DNA of 52,960 nt, the filler included, from Porpidia crustulata (lineage: Eukaryota): assembly GCA_964255105.1 (NCBI GenBank). It is 3 parts of 3 records of this genome, joined end to end, with 100 filler letters (N's around TTAATTAATTAA, not from the genome) between each part and the next. Parts side by side here need not be neighbours in the genome. Positions count along the whole stretch, not along the records: positions 17,719 to 35,291 come from CAXUWE010000212.1; 2 more parts are not named here. One strand, 5' to 3'. A program made the translations under genes and the position numbers. Each line of letters begins with the position of its first letter. The first letter of the stretch is position 1. Shown here piece after piece: positions 23,529 through 35,391 of the stretch. Under the pieces are notes generated by a model. That model made no database searches. It saw nothing but the letters and a program-made list of their open reading frames with translations, and had not been told where the DNA came from.

Positions 23529-24991
23529 AAGGAAGGTTTGCACGACTGCAAGAGTATCATGCAGAACACTTCGTTGTAGAAGTGTAGTCGCCATAGACAG
23601 TCAAACATAACATGATCCATCTCGATTCAGAACCTCTGAGCAACAATAAAGGCAAGGACCACACAAAGCTAAGCGGATCTCGGCTGCCAAATGGCGAGAA
23701 TGAACTTGCCGCTACTTTACGACGACGCTCCTCAATCCGATTCCTTGGGACTCTGCACCATGGGTGAGCCGCGATAGCCCTACCAAACGCTTACTAGAGA
23801 TTGAATAGGTACCCTAGCCAAGCCAGAATGAGGTAAGTATCAATGTTAGATTCGTCTGTTTGATCGTGCGAGCACCTTGACCACAACTGACTGCGATCCG
23901 AATTTTGGAAGAGGCAGATCCGCTCACTGACTTTGTCCTCGACGACAGCAAAGGTCTTGAGAGGGATCCGGAGTTCGTCAAAACCACCAAGAACATGGCT
24001 TTGCGAGTTTTCAATGGCTCAGATTCACGAAAGCAAGGCACGGAGACTCCGAAGGGCTAGTAACTGAATGACAAGATCACATATAGAATTATGTGATTTC
24101 TTGCTCTGATACTGCGCAAGACAATATCCGCATGGCGAAGTAAAAAGATACGTTCATTCGAGAGGAGCGGGAAGAACTCATGCGAAACTACTAGGTCATC
24201 CGAACAAGCGCTTCACTATCAGAAAGATATCTATGCTTGACACTCAAATTTTTGAACTTCTACGCATGCGCATTAGCGGTGACCTTAAAGGAGGTTCTGT
24301 GAGGTTTCACGGCATGCGGCTGCCGCAAATGTTTTTTGAATGGATGTCACCGCCGTCCAACAGGTTGAGTCTTGGCCTCGGACAAAAGCTGGGCCAAGTA
24401 GTATACCTGTTTTTGTCATTGTTAGGATGTTGCCACTTCGACTTAAGTTGCGCGGTTAGCGTGGAGGTGGGTCGTGGATGACTTGCAGTTCTTCAAGCCT
24501 TGAGGCATCGGGGCTTTGGTGGTGGATCTTTCTTATTTGCCTGACCGCCTTTGAGTAGGAAACATGAGTGTTGTTTTTGCCCCGAGTTGACTTTTGCGAT
24601 GAAGTCTTAAGCCGTGCGTTTGTGAAGGTCAAGGGGAACGTTGACGATTTTACAACGGGATGGAGACTACAGTAATGCGAGGATAAAGCATGCAGGCGGT
24701 TAAGGCCAACTTGCAGCGGAAGGTAGCCAAATCTAGCCCTTGCGAATAGACGGTCAACACCGCTTTCTCTATAATGTCGAGTCTTCTGACCTGCGAAAGC
24801 ATACAAATATCATCAGTGCTGCTTTTTGCATTAGGAACTACGAGAACAAAAATAATCTTTGACGTTACGCATGATGATAAATTTGGATTGACCAATACGC
24901 CTGCACTATATATCCATAAAGATCGACCAACCCTCAAGCTCTACAAGACTGTCCGGGTTGCTCCGTCACCTTCCGCTGAGATTTAGTTGAT

Positions 24992-26061
24992 ATGGACCAA
25001 GGCATGGACTACGACAACTATTTTAATACTCCAGCTCAGCAATATCCTTTCTATCATCTGCCAGTGAAACCAGAGCACCCATACACTCCACAAGATGATG
25101 CTTCTAATGATCCAAGCGTATGATTCTGACCCGGCACGTCCCGGGAGAAGCTCTTGACTGACCTTTGATTGCAATAGGATGGTTACAACAACCCGAATAC
25201 CTTCCACTCCTTTGATCCTTCTTACAGCTTTGGGCAAAATCCGTTAATCCCACCACCCCCGCAATCACCTCCTCAATCTCTACATAGACCTTCCATTTCA
25301 AATGTTCTTCCTCAAGGAAGCTCAAATTCCATTGAGATGATGGGCGACCAGGAAACGTACGAACAAGTGCAAGGGCGAAGTAGCGAAGACGACAGAGACA
25401 ACGTCACTCCCGCACAAGGCCGCCGGAAAGCTCAAAATAGAGCTGCGTAAGATAAATGCGCTATATCAACCGACTTGTGGACTACATGGCTGACCCGCTT
25501 ATTGACAGTCAACGAGCCTTCCGGGAACGTAAAGAGCGCCATGTTAAAGAGTTGGAAGTAAAACTCAATACACTCGAAGCAGACAAGTCTACCATTACAA
25601 ACGAGAACGAGCGTCTCAGACGCGAATTGGAAAAGGTGCATACGCAAAACGAAATACTCCGCGCCACTACTACGCCACTCAATTATTCACAACAAAAATC
25701 CGCATCTCTTCCGCCATATCCACCTCCTCCTGATTCACCCATCCCAGGGCCCCAGACCTTTAGTCCCTCTGCCTTTCACGAGACTCTCTCCAATCGTGAT
25801 CCTAATTCTCCCAATCAACCAATCTCACACCGCATCCACATTCATGCTGCAACAGGCGAGCGTCTCCTGACGACAGGCGCTGCGTGGGACATGATCCAGA
25901 GCCATCAGATGTTCAAAAAGGGTATGATTGATATCGCGGATGTGTGTGGTCGTCTAAAGGGTCGTACAATGTGCGATGGCAGCGGGCCTGCTTTTGAGGA
26001 GGGAGAGATAAGAAGGGCGATCGAGGAGAGCGTGGGCGGCCCAGGTGATGAATTGATTTGA
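24992..26061 (+). CDS. bZIP transcription factor, Yap/AP-1 family (Fcr3/Yap3-like)
   Basis: RRKAQNRA|xQRAFRERKERHVKELE basic region plus leucine zipper; C-terminal AWDMIQSH..CDGSGPAF domain; two introns. Confidence 0.9.
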
Positions 26062-26336
26062 AGTCTTTCTGTTCTTACGAAAACAAAGACTTCACGCCAT
26101 TATGGAACTATCTTGGCGGCATATTGTCGAAGATATTGCAAGTCCTAATATAGGGACGTCATGTCACAAGGAGCTGAGGAGAAATCGGATACCCATAGTT
26201 TATTTGTTCTGTTGATCTTGTGCCAGCGCACATTGACAGCATTGGAGTTTTTCGTGTTGAGTCTCCCATTCAGTCATTCAGCCAAAGTATCTCGTAAATC
26301 TGTTAGCAATGTCTGATATCTAATACGAAATCTCGC

Positions 26337-27248
26337 CTAGATATCAACATCGCCGACATCAGCTGATCTGCCAACTCCTATTTCACCCATAAGCCCACTC
26401 CGCCAGATCTCATCAAAATCTCTAGCCCACCAGAGCGACATCCCCTTTCCGCCGGCTCTTCCATCCTGACTTCCTTGGGCTCCGAGAACCCACTGACAAC
26501 CAATCCCCACTCTCTTCAAAGTCTCACGTAGCTCTTTTTGTTCACTACCCTCTTTCTGGCCCCTTATGCAGATACCCACATCGACAAGGGTCAAACATTC
26601 TAAATCGGTCACACTATCACCTACATATACCACGCTTCCCTCCTTTGCATTATCTGAAATTTCTCTAACAATCTTTACCTTGTCCGCACAAGTCCAGATG
26701 CCGCTGCCCTCACGCTCAAAGTATCTATCCAGCTTCCCGTCGTTGCCAATTTCATTTGCTTTCACTTCCACCTTATCGGCGTCCTCCCCAATAATTGCAC
26801 GTAGACATGTACGAATGAACCTTCGACTCCATGCCACACTGACCACTATGACCTTTCCTCCGCCTGCTAGGGTTTCCGTGATCAATCGGGTTGCACCCAG
26901 TCTCAGAACCACATCCCCTTGCGCAACCGCCTTTTCCGCTGCAGAGTCGACTACGTCCGGGGTGACTCCTCGCCAAGCTCCCGCCTGCTCGCATCTCTCG
27001 ATACTTGCTCTTTCGACATCTTGAAGGCTGCCCAGATATGCAATCTCTTCGCTGAGTGAGGCGCGAGAGCTTGTGTTCGGTATATACGAGCTGTTGTAAG
27101 TAGCGAGACATGAAGCGTACAAAGCTGAGAGCTCGGTAGTGGATGTTGAGAGCGGTATGGGGGAGAGAGAGAGAAGAAGTGGCACGGTGGAAGTGGTGGT
27201 GAGGGTGGAATCCCAGTCGAGAAAGAGGAGGATATTGGAGCCAGGCAT
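26337..27248 (-). CDS. HAD-superfamily hydrolase (CTO1/thiamine-phosphate-phosphatase-like)
   Basis: Motif I LDWDSTLT, motif II VVSVAWS, motif IV YVGDSVTDL; ATG at 27248. Confidence 0.85.
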   Translation of the reverse strand: MPGSNILLFLDWDSTLTTTSTVPLLLSLSPIPLSTSTTELSALYASCLATYNSSYIPNTSSRASLSEEIAYLGSLQDVERASIERCEQAGAWRGVTPDVVDSAAEKAVAQGDVVLRLGATRLITETLAGGGKVIVVSVAWSRRFIRTCLRAIIGEDADKVEVKANEIGNDGKLDRYFEREGSGIWTCADKVKIVREISDNAKEGSVVYVGDSVTDLECLTLVDVGICIRGQKEGSEQKELRETLKRVGIGCQWVLGAQGSQDGRAGGKGMSLWWARDFDEIWRSGLMGEIGVGRSADVGDVDI

Positions 27249-28286
27249 CGCGTTAGTTCCATTGTCGAATGGCGGCACAGTGTAGTAAACTTTTTGTCGC
27301 GATTGCCGAGTTAGATAATTTAGCCGACCAGATAGAGTAGGTAGACCAGTTAACCAGTTTAGAAGAACGAGACTTCCCTATTCCCATCCTCACTTATCAA
27401 ATGTTCAACCCGATTCGACAAGCCGTGTGACTATAACACACGGGCAGTATCTAGGTTGGCAGCTACCAACAGCTGTGATTGCAATGAATTTGCCCATTCT
27501 CAACATCGAGCCTTCAGACCTAAGCTTCTCTTTCTCAGCTGCGACAGACTAGCAATTGTGGGCTGAGAGCAGTCTGTTTTTCGTCGATGGACACCCCGCC
27601 GAAACATTGAAAGCTTGCCACATTGCTTTTGTTCTTGAAGCCTGAGGGCTGTTGTGCAAATACATTAAATTCTTATAGACCTTACAATGCTTATGAAAGT
27701 AATGAAGGATGGAACACCTGAAGGTGGAACGATGTTGGCCACAAGCGAGATCTATCTACTCAACAAGCTCTTTCTTCTACTGTTCGAAATTTTGAATAGA
27801 CTGTATCTGGACATCCGGCTGATACCAAGCCATGAAGGTCTTTCAATACGGGATTGGTTCGTCAGTATTCTCACGACCTGGACAGTTGTAATTTTCCCCA
27901 GGTCCCTCTAGTCAGAGTACACTGGACATATTCATCGAATAATGATAAAGGAAAGCACGACTGTAGGTCGGCATGTAATACGGTGTTATTTGTACTGGTG
28001 ATTCATTGCAAGAATACCTTTTTCTACCTTCAAATGTTAAGACAGCCTTCCTACCCATCACACTGTTCGCTTCATATTAGCATTCAAGTATGCCTCGTAT
28101 GCTGAGTAAATATCGTCCTCATTATCTGACTACTTTGATACTACGAGGCGAACCTTGTGTTGATGCCAACTGCCCCAAACGGGCCATCCCATGGTCATTC
28201 GTGCTTAGATCGGAGCCCATTCCTCTTGCCTGCTCAAGCACAAGTCACACCTGAGCCAGAATATAGACATAGAAGCAAGTCTGGCT

Positions 28287-30476
28287 TTGGCAAACGTTGA
28301 GGCGCGGCAATCGCGTCCTCGCCGTCGTAAGTTCAATAAACTCAAGTTCCCCACTCATCATTCACATAACTCACAACGACGTCATACAGGCAGAGCAAGA
28401 GCTCATATACCAGAGCTACCTCATGCGGTACAGCGAGAGTTAATGCGTACGCCGTACCGGCCTTCTCCAAATGCTCCTTTCTCGCACATTCAAATTGTCC
28501 CCAAAGCTTCGTCTGAAGAGTGTAGCATAGATGAGCACTCACCTCAAGTGATCTTCCGGAGCCCATCGTACAGTAAAGAGGCGGAAGAGAAAATGACGGC
28601 CCCGACCATTGCGCCAAGTGCAACAGCTAGCCTTGCTAACATGACCTCTGGGACAACATTTGCTGCCAAAGCTCGTGCTGCTGAGCTTAATGCCGTTAGG
28701 TCGAGGAGAGCCGCGAAGGAATTGGAGACCGAAGACGACGTTCCATCTGTAACAGCAATGTCTCTGGGCGCGCTCAAGTTTACCAAGCCTCGCAACCGTG
28801 GAAGGGCCTGGAAAGCTCTCAACCTGGATGACCTCCCTGAGGGTTCAGAAGATGACCTAGAAGATCTGCAGCGAGTACATGGCTCCCAGCGTGACATGCC
28901 ACGATACGTCAATGATGATACATACACTGGAAACCTTGCAACTTCAGGCACGCTTTATCCGCAATCTTCCTCAGGCGACCTCGCGCAGCTGAGAGCAGAT
29001 TACGATACTCGGCAATGGGTCCCAAAAATGCCACCAGCCAGCGTAGCAGACCATAGGATGTTATCGAGGCGCTCAAGCAGCCAATACACCATCTTGTCAT
29101 CCCGTCCATCGTCAGCGCTTTCTCATCGCTTTAACCAAGATGAAACTTCCGGTTCCATTACTGACCAAACCGTTCCAATGGATGGACAACTCGGGATCGA
29201 ACCTTTGGGCATTACTGGCGAGTCAAAATCGACAAAGATGAACGTAAGAAATGCCGCAGACACCGATGATCCGTTCACAGAGCTACCGCATAAATTGCGT
29301 CAATCCCTCTTCGATCTTAATCCATATGGTCAGTCGCCAAGTCAAGGTTTAGGCCCTAGCACCACGGCCCACTCTCAACTGTCAGCGGCGTCAGGCTCCA
29401 TGAATCACGAATTCCGCTTTTCTCCGGCCTATCACTCTCAGCAACCAGCTTTTGCACAACAATATCTTGGTGGGCCTCAGCAATTGATAGAAGGCTATCA
29501 AGGTGCCAATTCGAAAGGCCAGCACATTGAAAGCGTTAGCGTTCACCAGAGGGATCCAATGCCTTATACTGGGTTTGCAGCGAGCAGTAAGAAAGAACAA
29601 CTACTACAAACATTCAATGATGCAGTGGAATCTTCCAAGGCTGAAGGAAGTCTCCCAACATCTACGAGGACTGTCCTTTACGATCCGGTAACACGAGATC
29701 ATCAAAGCCAAAGTTACCCATCCGCTGGAGCAAGACCGAAGGATCAAACGTACCCGCCTGCCACGGGCCCATTCGCAGTGCCTTCGGATTGCGACAAGGA
29801 CTTACTCGAAGCAAGCGATCCCTTACCGTGGAAAGATCGACCAGTAGACGTCTACAACTTATCCTCGCCCGTTGATACAGACTCCAATTTTGCCCGACCA
29901 GGAGGATGGCCTACATCACAGTTACTTCCGCCGGGGCTTCATCCTCCGGAGAACGCATATATTTGGTCCTTGGTACCAAAACCCAAGGCATCGGGTCGGT
30001 CATTCGAAGACGCAGAAAAGTGGTTTCGCGCTGATGCTCGTGAGACTCAAGCGATTGAAGCGTATTTGAACGGTGCTGCAACGAGTCAGCGCGCGACCAG
30101 AGTGCCTGAACGCCAAGCTATGGAGTCCTCACAGTGGTCACGTACCACGACTTCCGCCTTCGTCCCAGAACACGGACGCGATACCGGAAGTTTACGACAT
30201 CTCATGGGCCCTGCGCTTGCAAATTTGCAAAGTTATACTGAGCGAGCTGCGAAGCCAGACGTGGACTACTTTGGTCGATTTAGTGCAGTACCGGAGTGGT
30301 GCATCGATAGGGGGCCAGGGGGTAATGTCAGTTTCTTTGGGGACTGGGGAGTGCCACCATCCCGAGTGGGAAGGGATCCTAGATACCGACCTACCTTTCA
30401 CGAAGGCAGGTATACCGTCTTTGAGCCGATGACTCGGAGAGGTGTGCGGGATGGCATGGTGGGTGGGTATCATTGA
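28287..30476 (+). CDS. Conserved fungal hypothetical protein, largely disordered; upstream exons likely (~27700-28280)
   Basis: 729-codon open frame ending in YFGRF..VPEWCID...SFFGDWG.PP.RVGRDPRYR. The start is not ATG and splice-like signals lie upstream. Confidence 0.75.
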   Translation: MANVEARQSRPRRRKFNKLKFPTHHSHNSQRRHTGRARAHIPELPHAVQRELMRTPYRPSPNAPFSHIQIVPKASSEECSIDEHSPQVIFRSPSYSKEAEEKMTAPTIAPSATASLANMTSGTTFAAKARAAELNAVRSRRAAKELETEDDVPSVTAMSLGALKFTKPRNRGRAWKALNLDDLPEGSEDDLEDLQRVHGSQRDMPRYVNDDTYTGNLATSGTLYPQSSSGDLAQLRADYDTRQWVPKMPPASVADHRMLSRRSSSQYTILSSRPSSALSHRFNQDETSGSITDQTVPMDGQLGIEPLGITGESKSTKMNVRNAADTDDPFTELPHKLRQSLFDLNPYGQSPSQGLGPSTTAHSQLSAASGSMNHEFRFSPAYHSQQPAFAQQYLGGPQQLIEGYQGANSKGQHIESVSVHQRDPMPYTGFAASSKKEQLLQTFNDAVESSKAEGSLPTSTRTVLYDPVTRDHQSQSYPSAGARPKDQTYPPATGPFAVPSDCDKDLLEASDPLPWKDRPVDVYNLSSPVDTDSNFARPGGWPTSQLLPPGLHPPENAYIWSLVPKPKASGRSFEDAEKWFRADARETQAIEAYLNGAATSQRATRVPERQAMESSQWSRTTTSAFVPEHGRDTGSLRHLMGPALANLQSYTERAAKPDVDYFGRFSAVPEWCIDRGPGGNVSFFGDWGVPPSRVGRDPRYRPTFHEGRYTVFEPMTRRGVRDGMVGGYH

Positions 30477-30860
30477 AGGAAAGCTCAAGTGAAAGGTAAT
30501 TACAAAAAGACATTGGCTTGATATGGCATCCTTAATGCAGACTCGGTCAGAAAATTGTTTGGCTCTATTGTGCTAGTGCGAGGATTTCCGTGCGGAAATT
30601 GGGTGGTGGTGATGGCAAACCAAGGTCCGAAGGAGAAGCACCAATCATGTCCCATTCCGAGTCTTTGTGGAGTATGAAATACCTACCGTCTTCAGCTGGG
30701 CTTTGGAGACTGTGCAAACACGATTATTGACACACAATCAACTGAATTTGGTGAGGTTACAAGAATGTTATAGGTCTTTTCAAATGGAATAGTAAAATGA
30801 AGGGCAGGCAATGTCATTCTCACGATGCCACCGCCCGTGGTTAAGTTCGATGCTGTGGTG

Positions 30861-30889
30861 TAGCTTAGCTTAGCTTAGCTTAGCTTAGC
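30861..30889. repeat. Microsatellite (TAGCT)n, about 6 copies
   Basis: tagcttagcttagcttagcttagcttagc. Confidence 0.95.
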
Positions 30890-30902
30890 GGACAGCGATC
30901 TA

Positions 30903-31224
30903 CTATGGTATCCGGGGTATTAATTGTTAGTACACTCACTTAGCCCCCCTGCTAGCGTCTGATTTTCAATGCCAGAATATCCGGCCCCCAATTAAGCAAA
31001 TTTTCATCTGTCTAATCAATTACTCCATTATCTGCTCAAGCATTCAATCAATTGCTTCAAATCACTCACGAGCTGTTTGACAACATGAATGCTCGTTGCC
31101 AGGCCGTTATTAATTCAAAAGGAAAACATACTAGATTTTAGGATAGATATACTGGCCATAAACGATGTCGAATCGGGTATAGCCAAAAGCCACCTACTAA
31201 CATTCAATACCCCGGATACCATAG
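30903..31224. mobile_element. 322-bp MITE, Tc1/mariner-like, ~29-bp TIRs, TA flanks
   Basis: ta|ctatggtatccggggtattaattgttagt at 30901-30931 is the inverse of actaacattcaataccccggataccatag|ta at 31196-31226. Confidence 0.8.
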
Positions 31225-32370
31225 TACTCATTGACGTGTATCTGGATCGCATATTCCACCGAATCATGATTGCGCACATTGCTGTCACACCTGCAGTCGG
31301 ACACTCGATGAGCCAACTGCGACCGTCCACGACTATCCCGTTGTCACTTCAGCCTTAATCGTTAGGGCTCGCTTGGTGGGAAGAATGGCGGAGTCGCTTC
31401 ATTCGCTTCCGAAAACGGGAGGTGGGGATGCGTCGGTAATCATTATTTGTTCTGGCAGTCTTTCTTCCGGTACTGAACGCTTTCGACAAGTATCTCGAGA
31501 CTTGAATGCAGCAACGAGGATGTCTGTATCCGTCATCTGTTATTAAAGCAAGAAGAAACACCAAGTCTTCAGATGCTTTGTTCACCGAATTCGTTAGAGG
31601 CCATTTGCGGCATTAAAGTGATTGTGGCTTTGTGGAGGTCAAAGATGAGAATTTCTATTTTGGGCATGAGCGCATACGGCGGTGTCCTCTCGCCGTCTAT
31701 TCGCTGCTTATGTCAGCCTTCTCATCTTCCAATTCCATACCGAGCTTAGCGTTCCTTCAAAGCTTGCATTTCACACTGTAATTGCAACCTGCACCACTCC
31801 GGCCCTCCACCCCAGTCCTTCTTCCTCCAGAGTCCTCCTCGTGGTAGAGGTCTGAGGCTTTACAAGTCCTACAAAACCAGAAAGCTGGTGCTCGATAACA
31901 AGCTTTTTGTAGCTGTCTTCGTGCCAAATTTACGCGGTATTTCGACTTGTCGGTCGGGATTTCTCCACAGAGACTCTCTGTGATCTCTTGACCATCCCAT
32001 CACTCGAGAAGGTGCGTGACCCATGCTATGTCATAACGATTCACCACTGTTCAACACCATAATCACATTCATTATACCTATCTTCTTACACATGACAAAT
32101 GTAACGTTGCTCAAACTCGATTGCGGCTGCTTCATCCGACAGCCTCACCGCCAGACACGAATCATCAATCCACCTAACGAGATCTGCACTAACACAATTT
32201 AGACAACATAGCTTCAGCATCCACCCTCCAAACACCTTTGTCCACCGTCATAAACCTCTTCGAGGCACTGTATTCAGTATCAACATCACCCACTAGTCCA
32301 TAAGCCCTGGCAGCTTGGACATCAACCTACAACCGAACTGGAGTGACTTCAGCAGTCATCCAACATCAAG

Positions 32371-34126
32371 ATGACTACAATGGTGGGTGGATCCGCTTCA
32401 GCATCAAAATCAAACCCTCTGGTTATAGTCCCTTCTTCCATATTTCCTGTCCGTCGGATTCGAATATCCTTTGTTCGATTACCTGACACTATTGAGGCTA
32501 CTTGAAGAGTCTCGAGTACAAAAGATTTTTCCTGCCATAACACTTGCACGATTACCTCCAGGCGTCATATTATACGACGCTACGTCTATTCATGCTCTTC
32601 TCTATCACTGTTGAATTTTTACTGAACTGAGATTTTGATGTGCATAGGATCTTCGCGTGGGAAATAAATACCGTATTGGTCGTAAGATTGGTAGCGGCAG
32701 TTTTGGTGATATCTATCTCGGTCAGAGAAGCTCCTCAGCACTGTAAGGCGCCCACTAACAATCGTTAGGTACCAACATCATCTCTGGTGAAGAGATTGCC
32801 ATTAAATTAGAAAGTGTCAAGGCCAAGCATCCTCAACTGGAATATGAGGCGCGTGTCTACAAATCCCTCGCTGGTGGGGTTGGAATCCCGTTTGTTCGTT
32901 GGTTTGGCACAGAATGTGACTATAACGCAATGGTCCTCGACCTTCTTGGTCCTAGTCTAGAGGATTTGTTCAACTTTTGCAACCGCAAATTCTCTCTGAA
33001 GACCGTGTTGCTGTTGGCCGATCAGCTTATCTCTCGTATTGAGTATATCCATGCCAAGTCCTTCATCCACCGTGATATCAAGCCGGACAACTTCTTGATG
33101 GGAATTGGAAAGCGTGGTAATCAGGTCAACGTTATTGACTTCGGGTTGGCCAAGAAATATCGTGACCCAAAAACTCACTTTCATATTCCCTACCGTGAGA
33201 ATAAGAACTTGACCGGGACTGCTCGATATGCTAGTATCAATACACACTTGGGAGTTGGTCAGTGATATCCCGTCCTGTTACTTTCTTTTGCTTACCTCTG
33301 GTTTAGAACAATCCCGTCGTGATGACATGGAGTCCCTTGGATATGTCATGCTTTACTTTTGCCGCGGCTCTTTACCCTGGCAAGGACTCAAGGCTGCTAC
33401 AAAGAAGCAAAAATACGATCGTATCATGGAGAAGAAGATGACCACTCCGACTGAAGTTCTTTGCCGTGGATTCCCCAATGAATTCGCCATCTACCTCAAC
33501 TATACTCGCTCTCTTCGTTTTGATGATAAACCAGACTACTCTTACCTTCGTAAGATTTTCCGTGATCTCTTTGTCCGGGAAGGGTTCCAGTACGACTATG
33601 TATTTGATTGGACCGTCTACAAATACCAGAAAAACGCCCAAGCTATTGCCGCTGCTGGAAACCAGCCTGCCAATCTGGACGACGACGAAAAACCAGCTCG
33701 TCGTCATGCTGCAGGTACGAATGCTGCCACTGCTGGCCATCCAACACCTCAGAATGCGTCCTCAGCTAGTAAACCGGGTCCAATCTCCAGTCAGCGTCGC
33801 AAGGTTCTCGAACGCGGCCAGCTCGGTCTAGGTGGTGTCGACACTCCTGATACAAATCGTGCTGTTGGAGGAAGTGATCGGATGTGAGTTTTTGCCAAGC
33901 CTCGGTTCCTTGTAAGGAACTCTTCTCCTCTGCCTGTGGTGTCTGATTGTCGAATCACGCTGGGCGTGGAGGATTAGAGAGATGGATTCTGACTAATTAC
34001 AGTCTTCGTCGGTAGGCTTCGATCTGCTTCCAAAGGTGCCGCTGGTGCTGGATTTTCCACATCTGGCAATGGCGGCTACCGTGTCAAGAGAGAAGATCAA
34101 ACAGGAGCCGGTGGGCAATGGTACTG
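32371..34126 (+). CDS. HRR25: Casein kinase I (Hrr25/Hhp1/CK-1a)
   Basis: [49 protein letters not shown]. Introns about 32383-32649, 32721-32768, 33258-33306, 33884-34015. Confidence 0.97.
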
Positions 34127-35084
34127 ATTTACTGAAGATGGGGGTAGATATTTGGTGGTGTTTCACAACGCTTCCCAATCTTTGCCTCCAGGTTTTTACG
34201 AATCACCGTCCGCCGGAGCTCGACCATTTCCGTTGGCCTCCAGGTTCTATGACGGTATACACCGTTATCTCTCTACTGAACTCGCATGCCTTTTTTATTT
34301 TCAGCACCCCAATACTGTGATTTCCTTGCTCGTTTGCTCTCTAGTTCTCAGGATGTTTGATTGGAATGCTCGGGACTGCCAAACCCACTCGAGCTTCTGA
34401 TTAGCAACTTCCTTTGAACCTTGGGCTCACGGACGGCACGTCACTGGCTAATGATGGCCAATTTGGCAGTCCAATGGAAGAGGGGTGACCCTTTAAAGCA
34501 TGAACAGGTCGTCCCATACAATATGGAGATATTCACAGATCCACTATGGAATTCAATGTCCGCATCATACCACAACTTACGGCCTATTTCTTACCGCGCT
34601 AACCCCCTTGCACAAGCACGATACTTGCTCTTATCACGACACGCACCCGGATCAGACTTGACTTTCCTTAAAGGCAGGCATAGCAGAGGGGAAGAAGTGT
34701 GAAATGCAGCGATTGGAGGGGATGTCAAATTACAGAAGGTACAGAACAAGGGGACATTTCAGTCGTAACATCTCGCAGGCCTCTACGTCCGGCGATTCCA
34801 ACGGATAGGTGAGAGCCCTGGACTTGGGATGTTCCCTTTGTTGCTTGGGGATTATGATTATGGATCAAGGGCCGCGTCCGGGGTGGTCATACTGCTATGC
34901 CTGTCTGCTGCTTGCAATTTTTGTTTTTCCTTTTTCATTTTTCTCGATCGCAGTAATAGCATAAAATGAGGGATATGATTGAAGAGTGGGTTCAACACGA
35001 AGGGACTAGGCAAATTAGATAGTCTGATAATTTCAACACATTCAAGCCCCCTCACGATGCATGGTTCCGAATGTTTTCTTGCTA

Positions 35085-35174
35085 CTCAGGCTAGTGTTTA
35101 ATCTTCGGACACAGAAGCGAAAACGGCGGCCTAAAATCAATCTTTAGTGCCCGAAGATTAAATAGTAGCCTGAG
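35085..35174. mobile_element. 90-bp MITE with ~28-bp TIRs and TA flanks
   Basis: ta|ctcaggctagtgtttaatcttcggacac ... gtgcccgaagattaaatagtagcctgag|ta. Confidence 0.8.
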
Positions 35175-35291
35175 TAGGTGATGTGTTACATTCTGGACAT
35201 CGGGCAACCCGTCGGCGGATCAACGAAGAAGGGGACAGACAACCCACGGCGTCAATTCCTTACCCCCTTGATCCGCCAACCGACCGATCAT

Positions 35292-35391
35292 NNNNNNNNN
35301 NNNNNNNNNNNNNNNNNNNNNNNNNNNNNNNNNNNTTAATTAATTAANNNNNNNNNNNNNNNNNNNNNNNNNNNNNNNNNNNNNNNNNNNN
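35292..35391. other. Assembly linker/gap (N44-TTAATTAATTAA-N44)
   Basis: Identical in structure to the linker at 17619-17718. Confidence 0.97.
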
